Shown here in pieces: positions 13,669 to 29,550 of a stretch of DNA of 64,000 nt (positions are counted from its first letter, which is position 1; every line of letters begins with the position of its first letter). The stretch is taken from contig NC_043018.1 of the NCBI RefSeq assembly GCF_006345805.1, forward strand, positions 13,268,001 to 13,332,000, written 5' to 3'. This DNA is from Octopus sinensis (Eukaryota). The translations under genes were made by a program, and so were the position numbers. The notes beneath the pieces are model-generated. The model was not told where the DNA came from. It worked only from the letters and a program-made list of their open reading frames with translations, and ran no database searches.

Positions 13669-16600
13669 CATACATACATACAACAGGCTTTCAGTTTCTG
13701 TCTATCAGTCTGATCTGGCAGAGTTTCTACAGTTGGATGCCCTTCTTAACGCCAACCACTCCATGAGTGTAGTGGGTGCTCTTTACATGCCACCGGCACA
13801 GGTGCCAGACGAAGCTGGCAACGGCCATGATTGTTTGGTGCTTTTTACGTGCCACCAGCACGGAAGCCAGTCAAGGTGGCACTGGCATCGGCCACGTTCG
13901 GATGGTGCTTTTTATGTGCCACCAGCACAGGTATCACAACTACAATTTCCTGTAGATTAACCGTGTGTCACATGGTTAAGAAAACTCTCCTCCGTCAGTA
14001 GAAACATTATTGACTTTGTAAAAATTGACAAGTTGGTTTGTTTACTTCTTTCCTGTGCTGAGTTCAATCCTGTTTCTCTCTTCCACAAGCCTGGAGAAGC
14101 CATTTTCTGTACTCAGCCTCACACTAGATTCCACCATTTACCAGCATCTTGATCCTCTTCAGCTAGTGGATTCAGTCCTTACCTCTGGTGTGAGAGGCTG
14201 TGTATGATTAACTGTCCGCAGGCAGCAGCTCATTTAACTCATTCACGGACATAACGACAGCAGTCCAACTGTGACCATCCTGTCTTTATTTCAAACATAT
14301 TGTATTGGCAGACTGCATTATTCAATACATCCTTCCGTGTCATTGTTGAAACTCGAGTCTGTCCTGAACCAGCAAACTTCCGATCAAAGACTTCATCTGA
14401 AATATGTTCAACCTGTGAAGACGATGAAGATAGGAACCTGTTCTCTGATGTCTTCATTTTAAGACAGCAATATGATTTGAGGGAAGTTTGGCTTTTTCTT
14501 TTAGCAGTTCACATGACTGCATAGAAGCCTTCCTTGTTTTAATATTTTCAACGATGGAAGCAGTATTATTTGGGTTTTCGTCACCCTTGACAAAACAGAT
14601 GCCTCCCCTATGATCACCATGTTTTAGCTGTGATCATCCTACGTTATTTCATTTTTACCTTTTTTAAAGAAGGTACAGTTTGAGAGAGAATATACTTCCT
14701 ATTTTTAGCAGGATAGTTATCATGTAAAGAGAGTTTACCTTGTTATAATTCTCAGTACACTGTTTCAATAAGACAAGACAAAGGCTGACCGGTTGCACTA
14801 TTTGCACTAGTCTTCTCTTTGCCTTCTAGTCCTCTCTTTGCCTTCTAGTCCTCTCTTTGCCTTCTAGTCCTCTCTTTGCCTTCTAGTCCTCTCTTTGCCT
14901 TCTAGTCTTCTCTTTGCCTTATCTAGGTGTGCTATAGATAAAAAAATATATATATTTAAGGCTTTAGAAAATCAATTCAAATTCCTGAGCACCTGGAAAA
15001 ATGTATTCATAAATTTGTTGTAGAACATAAAATTTATAAAATAAGGTAAGCAATAGTTTTCTATATTTTTTTCTAATTTTTAATTCTAAAATTTTTCTTC
15101 AAATTTCCATGGGAAGTGATCAGTAATTTTTTTTTCATTTTTCACATGAAGAGCATCTGTAGTTTTTTTTTTTGTCTGATATTTAGTGCATTACCAAGTC
15201 AAAAATATTAAGAGCCATTGGGCTAAGCAGTGCAGCTTGGCTTCAACATAACAATAAACACATATATATACATAGGTTTGTACCATGGGTTTGATATCGC
15301 ATGGTTTTCTATGGCTCGATGCCCTTCTTAATGCCAACCACTCCCAGAGTCTAATGGGTGCTTTTATGTGCCACCAGTACAGGTGCCATTTGCATGACTC
15401 CAGGATGCTTTACACACACAATAATAAATAAATGCGCCCTTTTAAAGCCTAGCCAGGCTCATGGGCCTGGTTTCTTTGGTGTATGTGTTCTCTATCTGGA
15501 CGGGACGCCAGTCCATCATAGCGTTACTCCAGTCCATCATAGCGTTACTCATTTTTGCCAGCTGAGTGGACTGGAGCAACATGAAATGAAGTGTTTTGCT
15601 CAAGAACACACACAACACGTCGCCTGGTCCAGGAATCGAAACCACAATCTTACAATCATGCTGCTGACACCCTAACCACTAAGCCACGCACCTCCATATA
15701 TATATTTATATATAAAATACCATATCTGCTCCAAGCTGTCTTCCATCGAATTCCCAGACACAGTTTGTCTGTGAAGTCTTCCTCAGTGGGAAATACCAAG
15801 GAGAGGTAACTCTAGGCAGACTTAAAGCTGTAGTTTTAAGTAAAGAAACGGTCAACCGCATTGGCTGAGTTGTGCTACTAGGTCGCCAAGCAGTGTTTAG
15901 GCATAAGCAAACTTTAGCAGCTTAATTAATATATGTTTGTGACATATTTCACCTTCTAAAGGCAAATTTACAGCAGTTACTGTAGAGAAAAAAAAACAAC
16001 AAATTCTCTCTTATGGTAGAAGGTGTAAAAACCCTATGCTTGGGGATCTGATAGGGGGCAGCACTAGGCAGATGTGGTGTTTTTACACGTTTTACCAGAA
16101 GAGAGAATTTTGTCTCCTCAGCAACCTCTGTGAATTTACTTTTCAAAGTTGAAATGTGTCACAAATGTATTTAATTAACTTAAAGCTTGCACGCATATGT
16201 GCTCCCTCCCCCACATATAAGAGTGTGTGTGTGTATAGCATTTTATCCGTAAGAACAGTTACCCAACCGCACCATTTTCCCCATATAATTCTCTGTGCAA
16301 CATTGTAGCGTTCGGTGTGAGGCTTCCCTGATTCACAGCCCCTCATACAGATGTGTTCTTCCTTGTTTCTCTATTTGCAGCTGCTAAAGATTTACCCAAC
16401 GACCGGACTGGACAACCTCCGAACCCTTTCGTCATGATAACGACAATCACTCCACCTCAACAGACGTGGACCTTAAACAGCCACACTGAAATCATTGAGG
16501 TAGGATCCTTTAAATCTATTAACTCCAGGTTTCTTCCCTCATTGACCAGGCAGACGAGGATAGTGTCTCCCATCTTCTACTAGATCCAGTCAGTAGATTG

Positions 16601-19600
16601 TGGCCATGCTGGGGCACTGGCTTGAAGAATTTTCAGTCAAATGAATCGATCCCACGACTTTTCCTTTTTAAGCCTGGTACTTATTCTGTCAGTCTCTTTT
16701 GCCAGACCTCTTAGTTATGGGGATATGAACATACCAACACTGGTTGTCAAACAGTTGGCTGGTGGGAGGCGGGCACGCACACACACACACACATGATTGG
16801 CTTCTTTCAATTTCCGTCTACCAGATCCACTCTCAAGGCTTTGGTTGACTCGAGGCTATAGTAGAAGACACTTGCCCGAAGTACACTCTGCAAAGTGGTT
16901 TGCACTAGGAAGGGCATCCAGCTGTAGAAACCATGCCAAAACAGACAACGGGACTTGGTGCAGCTTCTGGCCTTGCAAGCTCCTGTCAAACCATCCAATC
17001 CATGCAAGCATGGAAAATGGATGTTAAATGATGATGATGGTGGTTGTGGTGGTGGTGGCAGCTCCAGCAGTGGGCACTCAGTTCAACAGCGCCACCATGT
17101 GGTTATTGGTCGTCTTCAGTAGAATGCACATGTATTTATTCAAGCTTTCTATCTGAGGATTCTTTTCTTTACTTCCTCTTTGAAAAGTCTTGAAGAGACT
17201 ACAAGGGATCGTGCTTACTCCTTGTCCTACGTGGTCTCTGAAGCTGTGGTTCTCAACTGTTTCTTACCTATGGACTCGTTTGATTACCATTTTACTCTGT
17301 TGGACTTCCATCGCCGCTCGAAGTTTAAAAACTAGTTTTATAGATATTCCTTTCAAAAATTCTTATTTTGTTTTTCACTCATTCACTTGTGTCTAGGTTG
17401 AACTACGTAAAATGTTGGAGAAAGAGAGCTTGCTGTTTCTTCCCATAAATACATCTGAAAGAAAAACTTTGTTCATGGACCCTTAAACTACTACCGTAAT
17501 TTGCTTGTGTGGACCCCCCCAAAAGTCTTATAAGGACCCCAGTTGAGAACCACTGCTCTAAAGGTTATGAAAGAAAGAGGGAGTGGAGGGAGGTGACCCT
17601 GAAAGCATTCCCTCAATGGAGACACGAGGAAGAAATCTAGTTGTTACTTGCAATAAATCCATCTAAAGGAAAACGTTTTCACAGACCCACTCTTGTGAGC
17701 CCTCAATTGTGAGCTGAAGGCGATCAGAACAACAACAGTTTCCATTCCTCTCTGTGTTATTGTCAGCACACTTTGCCGTGTTTCCATTATTGCCTCTCTA
17801 TTTACTTTGTGCCATTTTCTATTTCTCTCCTTTTTCTAGAGAAGCAATGATCCACAATTTCTGAAGACCATTGGTTTTGGGACGAACATCAAACTGAAGA
17901 CACGAGTAAAGTTTACGGTTTATCACGTCAATGAAAGGATGACCAACACAGTGAGTCCACACTGCTTACTCTCCTTCTCCCCCTCTTCCTCTCCTTTGTG
18001 TTTTTACTCCTTTTTCTATTTCTTTTTTTGTCTCCTTTTTCTCTCTTTCTTACATTCTCCTTTACCTTCTCTTCCCGGCTTTTAATATTTTCATTTTGTT
18101 ATAAAAGACCTGAATACTTGTAACACAGTGTATTCTGCTAAAGATACCCAGGGGCTGGGTGGTGGTGTTGATAATTCAGGCAATGAATTTAAGTCTAATA
18201 CCTAAGAACAGTGACAACCTTCCACACAGTTTCTTATTTCTTTACTGCCCACAAGGGGCTAAACACAGAGAGGACAAACAAGGACTGACAAAGGGATTAA
18301 GTCGATTATATCGACTCCAATATGTAACTGGTACTTAATTTATCGACCCCGAAAGGATGAAAGGCAAAGTCGACCTCGGCGGAATTTGAACTCAGAACAT
18401 AACAGCAGACGAAATACTGCTTAGCATTTCGCCTGGCGTGCTAACGTTTCTGCCAACTCGCCAACTTTCCACACAGTTTCTGCCTACCAAATTTCACCGA
18501 AGACTGTGGTTGCTTCCAGACTATGATTTAAGGCACTTACCCAAAGCGCTGTACTGTGAGATAAAACCTAATAGCCTCTAGGATACTTATGCTCAGACTA
18601 GTTTTATAAAATGGAGCAGCAGCAACTATTATTTCTGCCTCTACTCCTCAACTGGGGCTACCAGAGAAACACGAAGATTGACTTTGTAACACCTTTTGCA
18701 GACTCCCTCATCAACAGATGTCAGTGATGTTTGTTCTCTTTGTGACCGGTGACTTCAGTGGACATGTTGGGCACCATCCAAGAGGTTTCCCGGGAGTGCA
18801 TGGAGGCCATGTAGTTGGTTCCTGCAATGAGGTTGCTGGGGTTCTGCAATACTAACCCCAGAACTCCAGCCAGCTACTTGTTCACCTATCAGTCCGGTAG
18901 ACACACAAGTCAGGTTGGCTATGTTCTCACCAGAAAGTGACTGACATCTTGTAATCTCAGTCAGTTATTTGTATGGAAACCAAATGAAGCTCTAACCTTA
19001 TGAGTCCTAGGGTTTATAATGGACCAAAGTCTAACTAAAAGTTTCATCACTCTTCTTGACAAGGACAGACAAGGACCCTTAGTTTAGAAATAAGGATTCC
19101 TAGTTTTGAATCTAATCTGATACTATTTACATATCCTAGAATAAGACACATGAAATCAAACTAACCGAAACATAGAATACAAAAAAGTGGATTAGGCTTG
19201 GCTTATAAACCCAGGCATAAAGGCAAAGGCATTTGAAATATGCCACAAACACTTGGTTTTGGTGGGGCCAGTCTCACTGGGTGAGGACCTGGGCTAGCCT
19301 AGGGGTTCTTAACCGTGGTCCATATGCCCTTTGGGCTCCATATAAGATTTTGTTGTTAAAATTTATATGCAATAAACTGCTTATACTTCTACAATATACT
19401 TTTTTTATGCAATTCCTAATAATATTTAATGATAAAAATTATGTAGGATTTTTTTTTATACATACATTGGTTGCCTATGGAGGTCCAGAAGAGAAAAATA
19501 GGAATCAAAGGGGTCTGTTGGTAAAAAATGGTTGAGAACCTCTGATCAAGTTGATTGTTACAATGGGAGTGAAATTTCATAAATTAAAGATTGTACTGAA

Positions 19601-21249
19601 GCTCATCATATATGAATGAATGTGTGTTTGTGTGTGTCTTTGCATCAACACTGCTTTTGTAGTAGAATGTCCCACAGCAGTTTGATGTATGGAGAATAAA
19701 GTACCTTACTTGAAAAATAAAGAATTGGCATTAGGAAGGGTGTCTGACTTTGGAAATAGTATCTTGACAAGTCTCAGGTAACCCATGCAAAGCATTGAAA
19801 AAGCAGGTATTAAACCAATGATATTCCATCTCTAAATCTGAAGTTAAAATTCTGAAATTTTATTACAAAATTTTATTACAAAAAAAAAAAAAAAATTCAT
19901 CTCAAACATTGAACTTGTATTCTTGAACTTTGAATTCATTAATCTCTTATTCTTTTAATCTATTTCAGATGTCACAGTTGGGTTATGTGATGTTTGATCT
20001 GAAGTCACTTCTGGCGAAACCTGATAAAAAATTGCATTTACCATTAATGTAAGTTTCTGACTATATATTCCTTCTCAAACCCTCCAAGAAGCTTTTATAT
20101 CCTTTTAAGTGAACTATATCACATACAACCCTCCCCTTTTCTACAAATTTGTCTTTGTGCCTATATTAGAAGAACTGGCTAAATTGATCTAATCTTGCAA
20201 TCATTTTGGCTTTTTACATTCTGAGTTCAAATTCTAACAAGTTCAACTTTGCCTTTTTATCCTTCTGGGGTCAATAAAATAAGTACCAATCAAATAGCGG
20301 GGTTGATAGAATTGACTGTTTCAAAAGATTTCTGGCAGTCTGTCTACAGCCCTGGTTGTTAACCATTTTTCACCTGTCGGCTCTTTTCCTTACTACTTTG
20401 CTCTGGTGTCTCCCCCCCCCCCATTGCCATTCGATGTTTAAAAACTAGTTTTACAGATACTTCTTTTGAAATTCCTATTTTGCTTTTCCTGCATTCACTT
20501 GTGTTGGTTGGACTCTGCATAACATTAGAGGAAGAAATCTAATAAATACATCTAAAGGAAAACGTTTTCACAGACCCTTAATATACTCTTGTGGGCCCTC
20601 AATTTACTATTTTGGTTGCATGGACCCCTAAAATCTTATATGGACCCCAGTTGAGAACCACTGGTCTACAGCAAGAAATTATTATTATTATTATTATTAG
20701 CATGCTGTGCAAAATGCTTCGTGGCATTTTGTGTCCTTACATTCTGAGTTCAAATTCCACCAAGGTTGACTTTGCCTTTCATCCTTTTGGGGTCGATGAA
20801 ATAAGTACCAGTTACGCACTGAGGTTGATGTAATCGACTTGCCTCCTCCCCTCAAATTTCAGGCCTTGTTCCTATAGTAGAAAGAGTAGCAGAATCATTT
20901 GCTTGCTGGACAGATTGTCTTGTGTCTGTTCTGACTTCTTTGCCTCTTATTTTTCTGGGGTCCACAAATTGAGGATTAGTCATGTATTGGTGATGTAATT
21001 GACTAATCCTCCACCTGGGGCAACAAGATGATGGAGAGACAAATACAAATACATAAAGTATTGGGGTTTACACAGAAAATTGAATGAGAAAATGTAAATA
21101 TACATGGTACAGGCTTGGCTGTGTGGTTAAGAAACTTGCTTCCCAATCACATGCTTCCAGGTTCAGTCCTACTACTTGGCACCTATGTCTTCTACTATAG
21201 CCTTGGGTCAACTAAAGCTTTATAAGCAGAAATTGGAAAGAAGCCTGTC

Positions 21250-21298
<49 letters not shown>

Positions 21299-24200
21299 TC
21301 TGCCACCTTCATTTGACAGCCAGTGTTGGTTTGTTTGCATTCTTGTAACTTAGCAGTTTGGCATAAAAGCTCAGTAGAATAGGCATAAGGCTTTAAAAAA
21401 ATAATGGAGTTGATTCATTTGACTAAACCTGTTAAGGTGGTGCTCCAGCCTGGCCACTGTTCAGTGACTGAAACAAGTAAAGGATAAAAGATATAATGAA
21501 AGAGGATAATGATGCAGTCCCCTGATAGAGAGTCAGTCAAGGAACCCCCACAGATCCTAGGTTACCCTGAACACTAAGAGCAAACTCAAGAACGGGCACT
21601 ATATCATGTGCAACATTGACGAATCAGTGGTTTCCGCACTTTGTCAGTTGTGTGGCGAGAAAGGTGAAAGGTTAAGCCACATTGTCAGTGAATGGTGAGA
21701 TGCTTGCACAAAAAGAGAACAAGAGAAAGGAGGACAACGTTGCCAGATTGGTTCCCTGGAAACTCTGTCTTAAGTATGATGTGAGCAGAAGGGAGAAATG
21801 GTATGAGCACCGACTGGAAAGGGTTGCTGAAAAGGGATCAATATAAGATCTTGTGGGACATGACCGTCCAGTGTGATTGTTGTATTGTGGCTAGAAACCC
21901 TGACGTTGTTGTTGTAGTAGAAAAGAACAAAGAAAGCCAATTATTGCAGATGTTGGCTCCACTGTGGAGGCACAGGGTGAATGAGAAGGGAGGCGAGAAG
22001 GATGAGAAATATTCGGAGGAGCTGAAGAGGGAACTCAGGAAACTATGGAGAACCAGACACTGAGAAGTGGTACCGGTTCTGGTGGGTGAAGGGCTGGATG
22101 TTTGGCTTGAGATGCTAGGAAATGCTATCAGGACGAGACTGTTGGAGAAAACAGCCTTGTTAGGAGAAGCAAGGATTCTTAGGAGGGTGTTGAAAGTTGA
22201 AGGAAAAAGGGTTACTTGGAGGACCTTTGGTCGTTTGATAAGGCTCCCTCTTTTTGTATAGTCTCTCTCATGGTATCTGTCACCGTAAAGTTTGTTAGAA
22301 CAGAACATACATGTTTACATAGGGAGAAATATTACCTCTCAGTGATAATCCTGCTCCTGGTGCCAATATATATACTATAGCTAAAGTTAGATCACCCAGT
22401 GTAGTTTTAGATGTAATAATTTTGAAGGTGGTAGAATGTGATTGAAGGTAAACTTGACTGCAATTTCCAGCATGTTCAGTGACTCCATAGAGGTTTGCCT
22501 GTTGTAATATCCTCTGTGTGCAAACCTGTGTTTTGTAGGTCCCCTGATTCTTCTCCTGCTGGTCAAATACAAATTACTGCTTGGGTCCACGATGAATCCA
22601 TTCTTATTGAAGATAATTCCAGGGTAATTATGCTTTCTTTTTGCTCATTTTATTCTTTGTCTGATTTCATCCAGTTGGTTGGTTATGGCCATGCTGTAGC
22701 AAAGCTATCATCAGAAAAATACTTCATCTAAATTACTGATGGTAATTAGTATTTTACTTATAGAATTGTTAGAGCATTGGACAAAATGCATTCTAGCATT
22801 CATTACAGTTCTTTAATTTCTGAGTTCAAGTCCTACCAAGGTCAGCTCTGTCTTTCATCCTTTTAGCACTGTATTTTCTCATTCCTAAGTATGAAGCAAT
22901 TACTGTGTTTGAGTTAATTCACTAAACCCTTCCCTGAAACAATAGAATTGAGATCCTAAAACCAAGGTGCCACTAAAAAGCATTCGTATGGGTGCTGATG
23001 CCCTGTAAAATGTACCCAGTAGAGTCTGCAAAGTGGTTTGCACTAGGAAGGGCACCCAGCTGTAGAAACCATGCCAGAACAGACAACGGGACCTGGTGCA
23101 GCTCCTGGCCTTGCCAGCTCCTGTCAAACCATCCAATCCATGCCAGCATGGAAGATGGATGTTAAATGATGATGATGATGATGGTAATGTGCCCAAGTTA
23201 GAAACAATTATTACTGAGGGAATTTAAATGGGTTTCTCAACCTCTTTACCCACGTCGAAATCTGTGGCCCGTGTGGTGTAGCAGGAAGGTAAAAGTTTTA
23301 GTAAACTATAAAGGACAGTGAATTAAGTTGTCACCACCACCACCACAACAACAACAACCGGCAGCAGCATTATAATCTTCATCATTTTTAAACATCCAGC
23401 ATGGGTCAGATGGAATTTAGTGAAGTAGATATTCTACAGCCCACAACCATTATATCCCCCATAACACTACCACAAACTTTATCCTTACTTCATTGCCAAG
23501 TGAAATTGTAGTCGTGGCTGATGCTGGTATCACGTAATTGGCACCTGTGCCAGCGGCACCCATTACACTCTTGGAGTGGTTGGCATTAGGAAAGGCATCC
23601 AGCCGTAGAAACCATGCCAAATAAGATTGGAACCTGGTGCAGCTCCCCAGCTTACCAGTCCTCAACCAAACCCTCTAACCCATGCCAGCATGGAAAGCGG
23701 ACAGTAAATGATGATGATGATGACTGCCATCATCTCCACTATTACCACCAACATTATCATTATTCTCCTCGGCAACATCATCGTTGTTACCACTAGTCAA
23801 AGAAGCCTCTGTGCAGTTGCTTGTCCTGCTGGAAATAGCTGCCAAATATTCCTCAGACCATACACGCTTGATAAAAAGGAAAGATTCTCTGCATAATATA
23901 CTCTTCAATATCCTAAAAAGACAGGATGGTCCTGGCTGGAATACCTTGATCATAGTCTGCTTGATTAGGGTTAGACAACAGTGACAACATCGTCACTACA
24001 AATCCCTGTTACTATCACAAATGACATCATCTTCAAAAGGGCCCACAACACCAGCCACTGGTACGAACAATAGTACTCTCTTGAGTAGGTATCATCAACA
24101 CCACCATCAACATCACTATCAGCATCATCACTATTGTCACCATCAACATTACCATTTACCATTCTCCACTCCCCACTTATTCTGAAGTCTTGTTTATTAT

Positions 24201-27200
24201 TCTCAGCAATTTTCTGTTTCTTTCTAGGGTTCTGTTAGTTATGGAGAGAAATTGCAGAATCGGGGTTTGGGTAATTTGAAAATCATGTTCTTTAACCCGA
24301 TCAAGAAGACGTTTCGGTTTGACACGAACAAAGCAAGAATGCAGTTGTTTGTCCAAGAAGTGATGGCAGAGTTTAAGTGGAACTACACACTCCCACTCCA
24401 GCTGCTGTGAGTATCACTTACGATAATAAATAGGAGTAAATGGATTTCTGTCTCTTCTGATGATGGATATTCAGTTGTTTAATCAGCTGAATTATCTGCT
24501 TGTGTAATTGGTGTGTAAATGGTTGAATATTCCACAGTTATGTGGATGGTTGATAAAGTTCTTCAGCAGAATCAGCATGATTGTATGACAAGGCTGGATC
24601 TTTAACTGTTTAGCATTTAAACTAGTCATATCCAACCTAAATATTCTGCCTGTTTTATATTTAAGCTGACCAAATCCAGCTTCTTACACATGCCCTACAA
24701 TGTCATTCACTTGTTTATTATTTTTCTTATTTTATCTTATGTCCATTGTCTGGAAATCTTTTGTAACACATCTGTGACCTCTTCAGTAACCTTTTCCATC
24801 TATGTGTATCCTCCTACTCTGCTTAGTCCATTCTTGTAGATTTTCATTCTTTATCTAAATTGCTGATGTGAGTTACTTCACAGAGAACTGAAAACCTATT
24901 CCTATTTTACATGCTTTTCTTTTAGGAAGCTCTTCATTGAAGAAGAACGGGAGAGAATTAATATGCTCCAAGACCTTGGTGAGGTAAGTTCTCTTAAAGA
25001 ATATTTCTCTGTCTTCACAAATCTTCTTGGTTCTTTTGTTATTGGGAACCATGTACATTTTGATAACTTTTATCTGCTCTGATTGTAGTAGAAACAAGTC
25101 TGTGTGTCAGTTGTTCGTTGTTGGATGGCTAAGGAATAGGTGAGGGCGGGGCTGTAAGGGCAAGCAGCCAGGGACCAATTATTACTGATGTTGGTTTATG
25201 TATTTACATGAGTGTAATGCAATCTTGAATATGATTTGACTCAAACTTTTTGTAGTTGACAGTCAGTAATATATTTTATCCTCGTATATAATGCAGCCCT
25301 CGAGTTCAGCTGGAGTTATACTTTTAAGAAACCAATCTAATATCATGACAAACTTCAAAACACTAAAGCTGGCATGGTTCCTGTTTTTGGCCAGCAACTA
25401 TTGATTAAAAGCTATCATTGCTCGACTAAAGGTGGTGCCCCAGCATGGACGCAGTCAAATGACAGAAACAAAAAAAAAAAAGAATAAAAGAATTAGTCAT
25501 AAAGTATGTTTATCACTTCAAAACCATAAAAAATCTGACCCATCATTGATTATCCAAATAACTCGAACCATTCTTTTGGATTTAGCTTTCTATTAAAGCC
25601 CTGTCCAATCATTTCATTATTTTCTTTATCTAAAGTTACAGCATTGTCTGTAGTTAGTTCCACCCTGATCATGCCACAATCTGATGCCAGTCTTTAAAGA
25701 GCTCTTGCAGACTATGTTCCAGTAAATCAGCCGAAGCTACATTAACCCTGGTGGTATCAGCGTCCTTGAGCTTATCTCTTCCTTTTTTTCCCCCCTTCAT
25801 CAGATATCCAGGATATCCAATGCTTCCAAACTTCGTCCTTAAATATTTTGTTCAATGCAACATCAAGGGGCTGAAGTAGGTTTACCAAACATCATAAAAC
25901 GGCTTGACGCTTTTCATACCTTTCATCATGTGATTCACTGGCTCTGTAAGGTGAGCTCTAATTCGGCCCAACACCAACATTACAGGTGTCTTTTAAGAAG
26001 CTCTGAATTATTCTGTACTTTCTGAACCATTCCTCTTCCATCCATCCATCCATCCAAAGTGGAAATTTTATATCTTTTTGGAATATTTTTTCTTCTTAAA
26101 ATAATCACATTTAGTTTGCTTTCCATTAGCTAAAAAACATAAAAGTGCAATAAAATATTTTTTTCACAGCCTTTTCTTCTGGTAAATTCAGTTTTACTTT
26201 TTATTGTATCCAGTGTCTCAAAAAACACATGTATCTTATTCATATTTCTAGTTTTATTCAGTTTCTGTGAAATTTTTGTTTTCCAAAGATTCTTGAAGAC
26301 TCTCTGCATCACCCATTTGAAAATCTGAAAGATTGGCTGACTGCATCTATTTCAACATGTGACACTTTCTCCGCTTGTGTTATTTTACAGACACTCTTCT
26401 TACCATTTATTTGTCTTTCCTCTTCCACCCATTCATCTCCTTCTTTTTCCAGTTCTGGATAATCTGTTTGCTTTCTCTTTAGAAATTGTTTACTGCTTCA
26501 TATTCGCTGCAGTTGGGCTCCCTTCATTGCCCAATGTTGCTGTTTTCCAAATTTCCAAGAGATTTGCACAATTTGATTTTTTCCTTTCAGCAAGTTCCAT
26601 AATTCTAAGTTTAAATTTTCCACTCGAGGCAATATGTCTCTTTTTTCACGTATGAACTTTTATTATAAGAAGGTATCGTGAAGATTTTTCTAGTTGTCAG
26701 CACAGTTAAGTAAAGTAAATTTCAAACTATAATCTTTAAAGTTAAACAATCACTTTTAGCCCTTAAGCTCCTTCAGGTTCCTCTGCCAAATGTTCTCTGC
26801 TTATTTATTCACATTGTTTGGAATTAATCATGTATTTGCCTGGTAGCTTTGAGATTTTGATGTGATTGTATATTTTTAGCTACATGTGAGAGGCCAAATC
26901 TGGCCAGTCTGAGCATAAAACAGGTAGACTATTTGGGCTGGACATATCCACCTTAAATGCTAAAAGATTAAAGTATTGAGTGTATAACCACATAGCACCA
27001 GTTTGCCAACAGAATTAACAATTGCCATTGGATGTACTCACTATGATTACAGTACTTCATAACTAACAGCAATGAAGTGTATACATTAGGGGTCAGATGT
27101 GTCGAGGCTGCCACTTTTGGGGTCTTCTTTTTCACAAGTTTATTTCTGTGTTTATTTTTCTTGGCTTAATGGTGTAGACCTATGATTCAGGCACAATGTA

Positions 27201-28987
27201 TCTAGGACTACATTATTCCAATGTGTTCTGCAAAGCTTGTTGTTATTCCATTGTGATCATCCTGATTTAATCCCAGGAAAGTTTTCAATGTCTTTCAGCC
27301 TCCACATGTGCCCCACAACCTCTCCTCATAATGCTACAACTTTCATTTATTCCCACCAACTCCCTGTAATCTCACAACATGCAATGCAGTCCCACAACCA
27401 GTCCCACGACCAGTCCCACAACCAGTCCCACGACCAGTTTGCATGTGATTTATCTGTTAAAACTTTTGGTTTGCTTTCTTGAAGTTGTTGCCTTTTTTGT
27501 TTAAGTTTTAAATGTTACATAGGTTTACGGTGGATTACGGTGTGTCTGTGTGTCTGGACAACTGTTTGTGGAATGTTGCCAACAAGGGAGCCTCGATGCA
27601 GTCACTCAACCAGCTAGAAACATCAGCCAATCCTCTTGCAGATCATTTTCTAAATATCTTTGAGAAAGAAAGTGTACATAGATATAGAACTGGGTGGTCA
27701 TAGCTGGACCTAATCATCATCATACGTTCATTTTCCTGGCGGCATGAGGCTGTCCTGCTCTTTATCTGTTCCAATCCCAATAGGAGCACCTTTGATCATT
27801 AGTCTGATCAGGTCTGACCTTGGGTTAAACAACAACAACTAAAGTCACCAATAATATCTTCTATGGCCACCACGAAATAATGAGAGAACCTTTACAGGAT
27901 CACTCAACTTGCTAAAAATATCAAGCAAACCCCCTTCAGATCAAAGGAAGGACATGTTGGATGATGTAGTCCTGATGCGTTGAGTAAAAGACAGGATGAC
28001 GACAAATGGGACTCGTTTGGTCGTAGATTTGCTCAATCAAGGCTGACCGCAGATTCAACAACAACAACATGTTTGTGGAACGTACGTGAGTAATTATTCG
28101 TTAGACAGAGCTCAATGTTGATTGAAACAGACCGGTTATGAAAGACGTTCCATACGTGACCGTCCTGTCTTTTGTGTGCCTAGGATTTATATTGTCTGTT
28201 GTCTTTTCTTTTTCTTAAGACGTTAGTGTGAGGTTAGGACATTTAGCTGCTATTTCTAGCAGATCAAGTGACTACATAGTGGTGCACTTAACATCTGTAA
28301 GTATGTTATGTGTGTAGACGTCTGCTTGTGCATGCAAATGTATTTCTTGTTTGCACGAGTGTGTGTATAAGGGTACCTGTGTATTTTGGCATGTCTGTAT
28401 GTGTGTGTCTTTGCGAGTTAAAGTTATGTGTGTGCGTTCATGTTAGTAAATGTCTATGAATCTTCCCTCAGGCTTAAATGTTGATTTTTTTTTTGCCATA
28501 TTAATCTTGATTACCTCCTCCTGATGTGGTCACTCTTCAGCAGATATAAAAACCTGTTGTCATTTTTCAGCTGCCCATTACTTTAGAAAGCCAACAGCAA
28601 GCCTGGATCTTGGCCATAGCCATTTCGACCGGCCTTTACACCGAAGCTGTCGACCAACTGGTGTGCCGGGCCATACCAGGGGAAGTAACTGCAGGTGGAC
28701 CAATTTACGAAGGGCCGCATTCTGGCCCTTCTCAATGCTCTGTTCTTTTTGCAGCTTGCGGCTTGCTCATAACACTTTAACCTTGTCATCATGGTACTTT
28801 GTGCATGCCACAGAGTAAGTATAAGGTGAGAGAAAGGAGAGAAATAGAGTCGGTGGGATCGGAGAGAGAGAAAGATAAAAAGCTGAGGGTATCTTGCTGC
28901 TTGCTGCATTTGTATTCTTTTGATTTTGCTATGATTTTAATTATCTTGCTCTGCATATATATATATATATATATATGTGTATGTGTA

Positions 28988-29021
<34 letters not shown>

Positions 29022-29501
29022 CGAAATATATCATTTTTCTTCTTTTTCAGAGTTTCCCCATGTATCATACACATATGCAAATCTCTCTTTAATCACCGTC
29101 ATCACATCCACTTTTCATGGGTTAGGTGAAATTTGTTGAGGCAGTTGCCCTCCCTATTGTCAACACTCACCTGTCTCCAAGCAAGGTAATATTTCCCCAT
29201 AGCCGGACGTTTTCCATTGAAGATTGGAAACGAATAACCTCACCTGTATAACAGTGATGCTCATTTACAACCATCACGTGATGTCTACTGCGAACACACA
29301 CACACCACACACACACACACACACAATGGGTTTCCTTCAGTTTCTATCAAATCCACTGACAAGGCTTTAATAATACATACATACATGTATTTAATTGCCC
29401 CCTGTGGCGCCTTAGGAGAAGACAATTGCCCAAGGTTCTGCACAGTGGGACAGAACCCAAGACTATATGGTTAAGAAGCATACCTCTTATATGTGTGTGT
29501 T

Positions 29502-29550
<49 letters not shown>

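Noticed and set aside
14025-14524. Moderately complex ORFs in intron 2 as possible extra exons
   Set aside because: No phase 1-1 open segment with good splice sites and no INPP4 similarity; the missing C2 strand is already supplied by 2251-2289.
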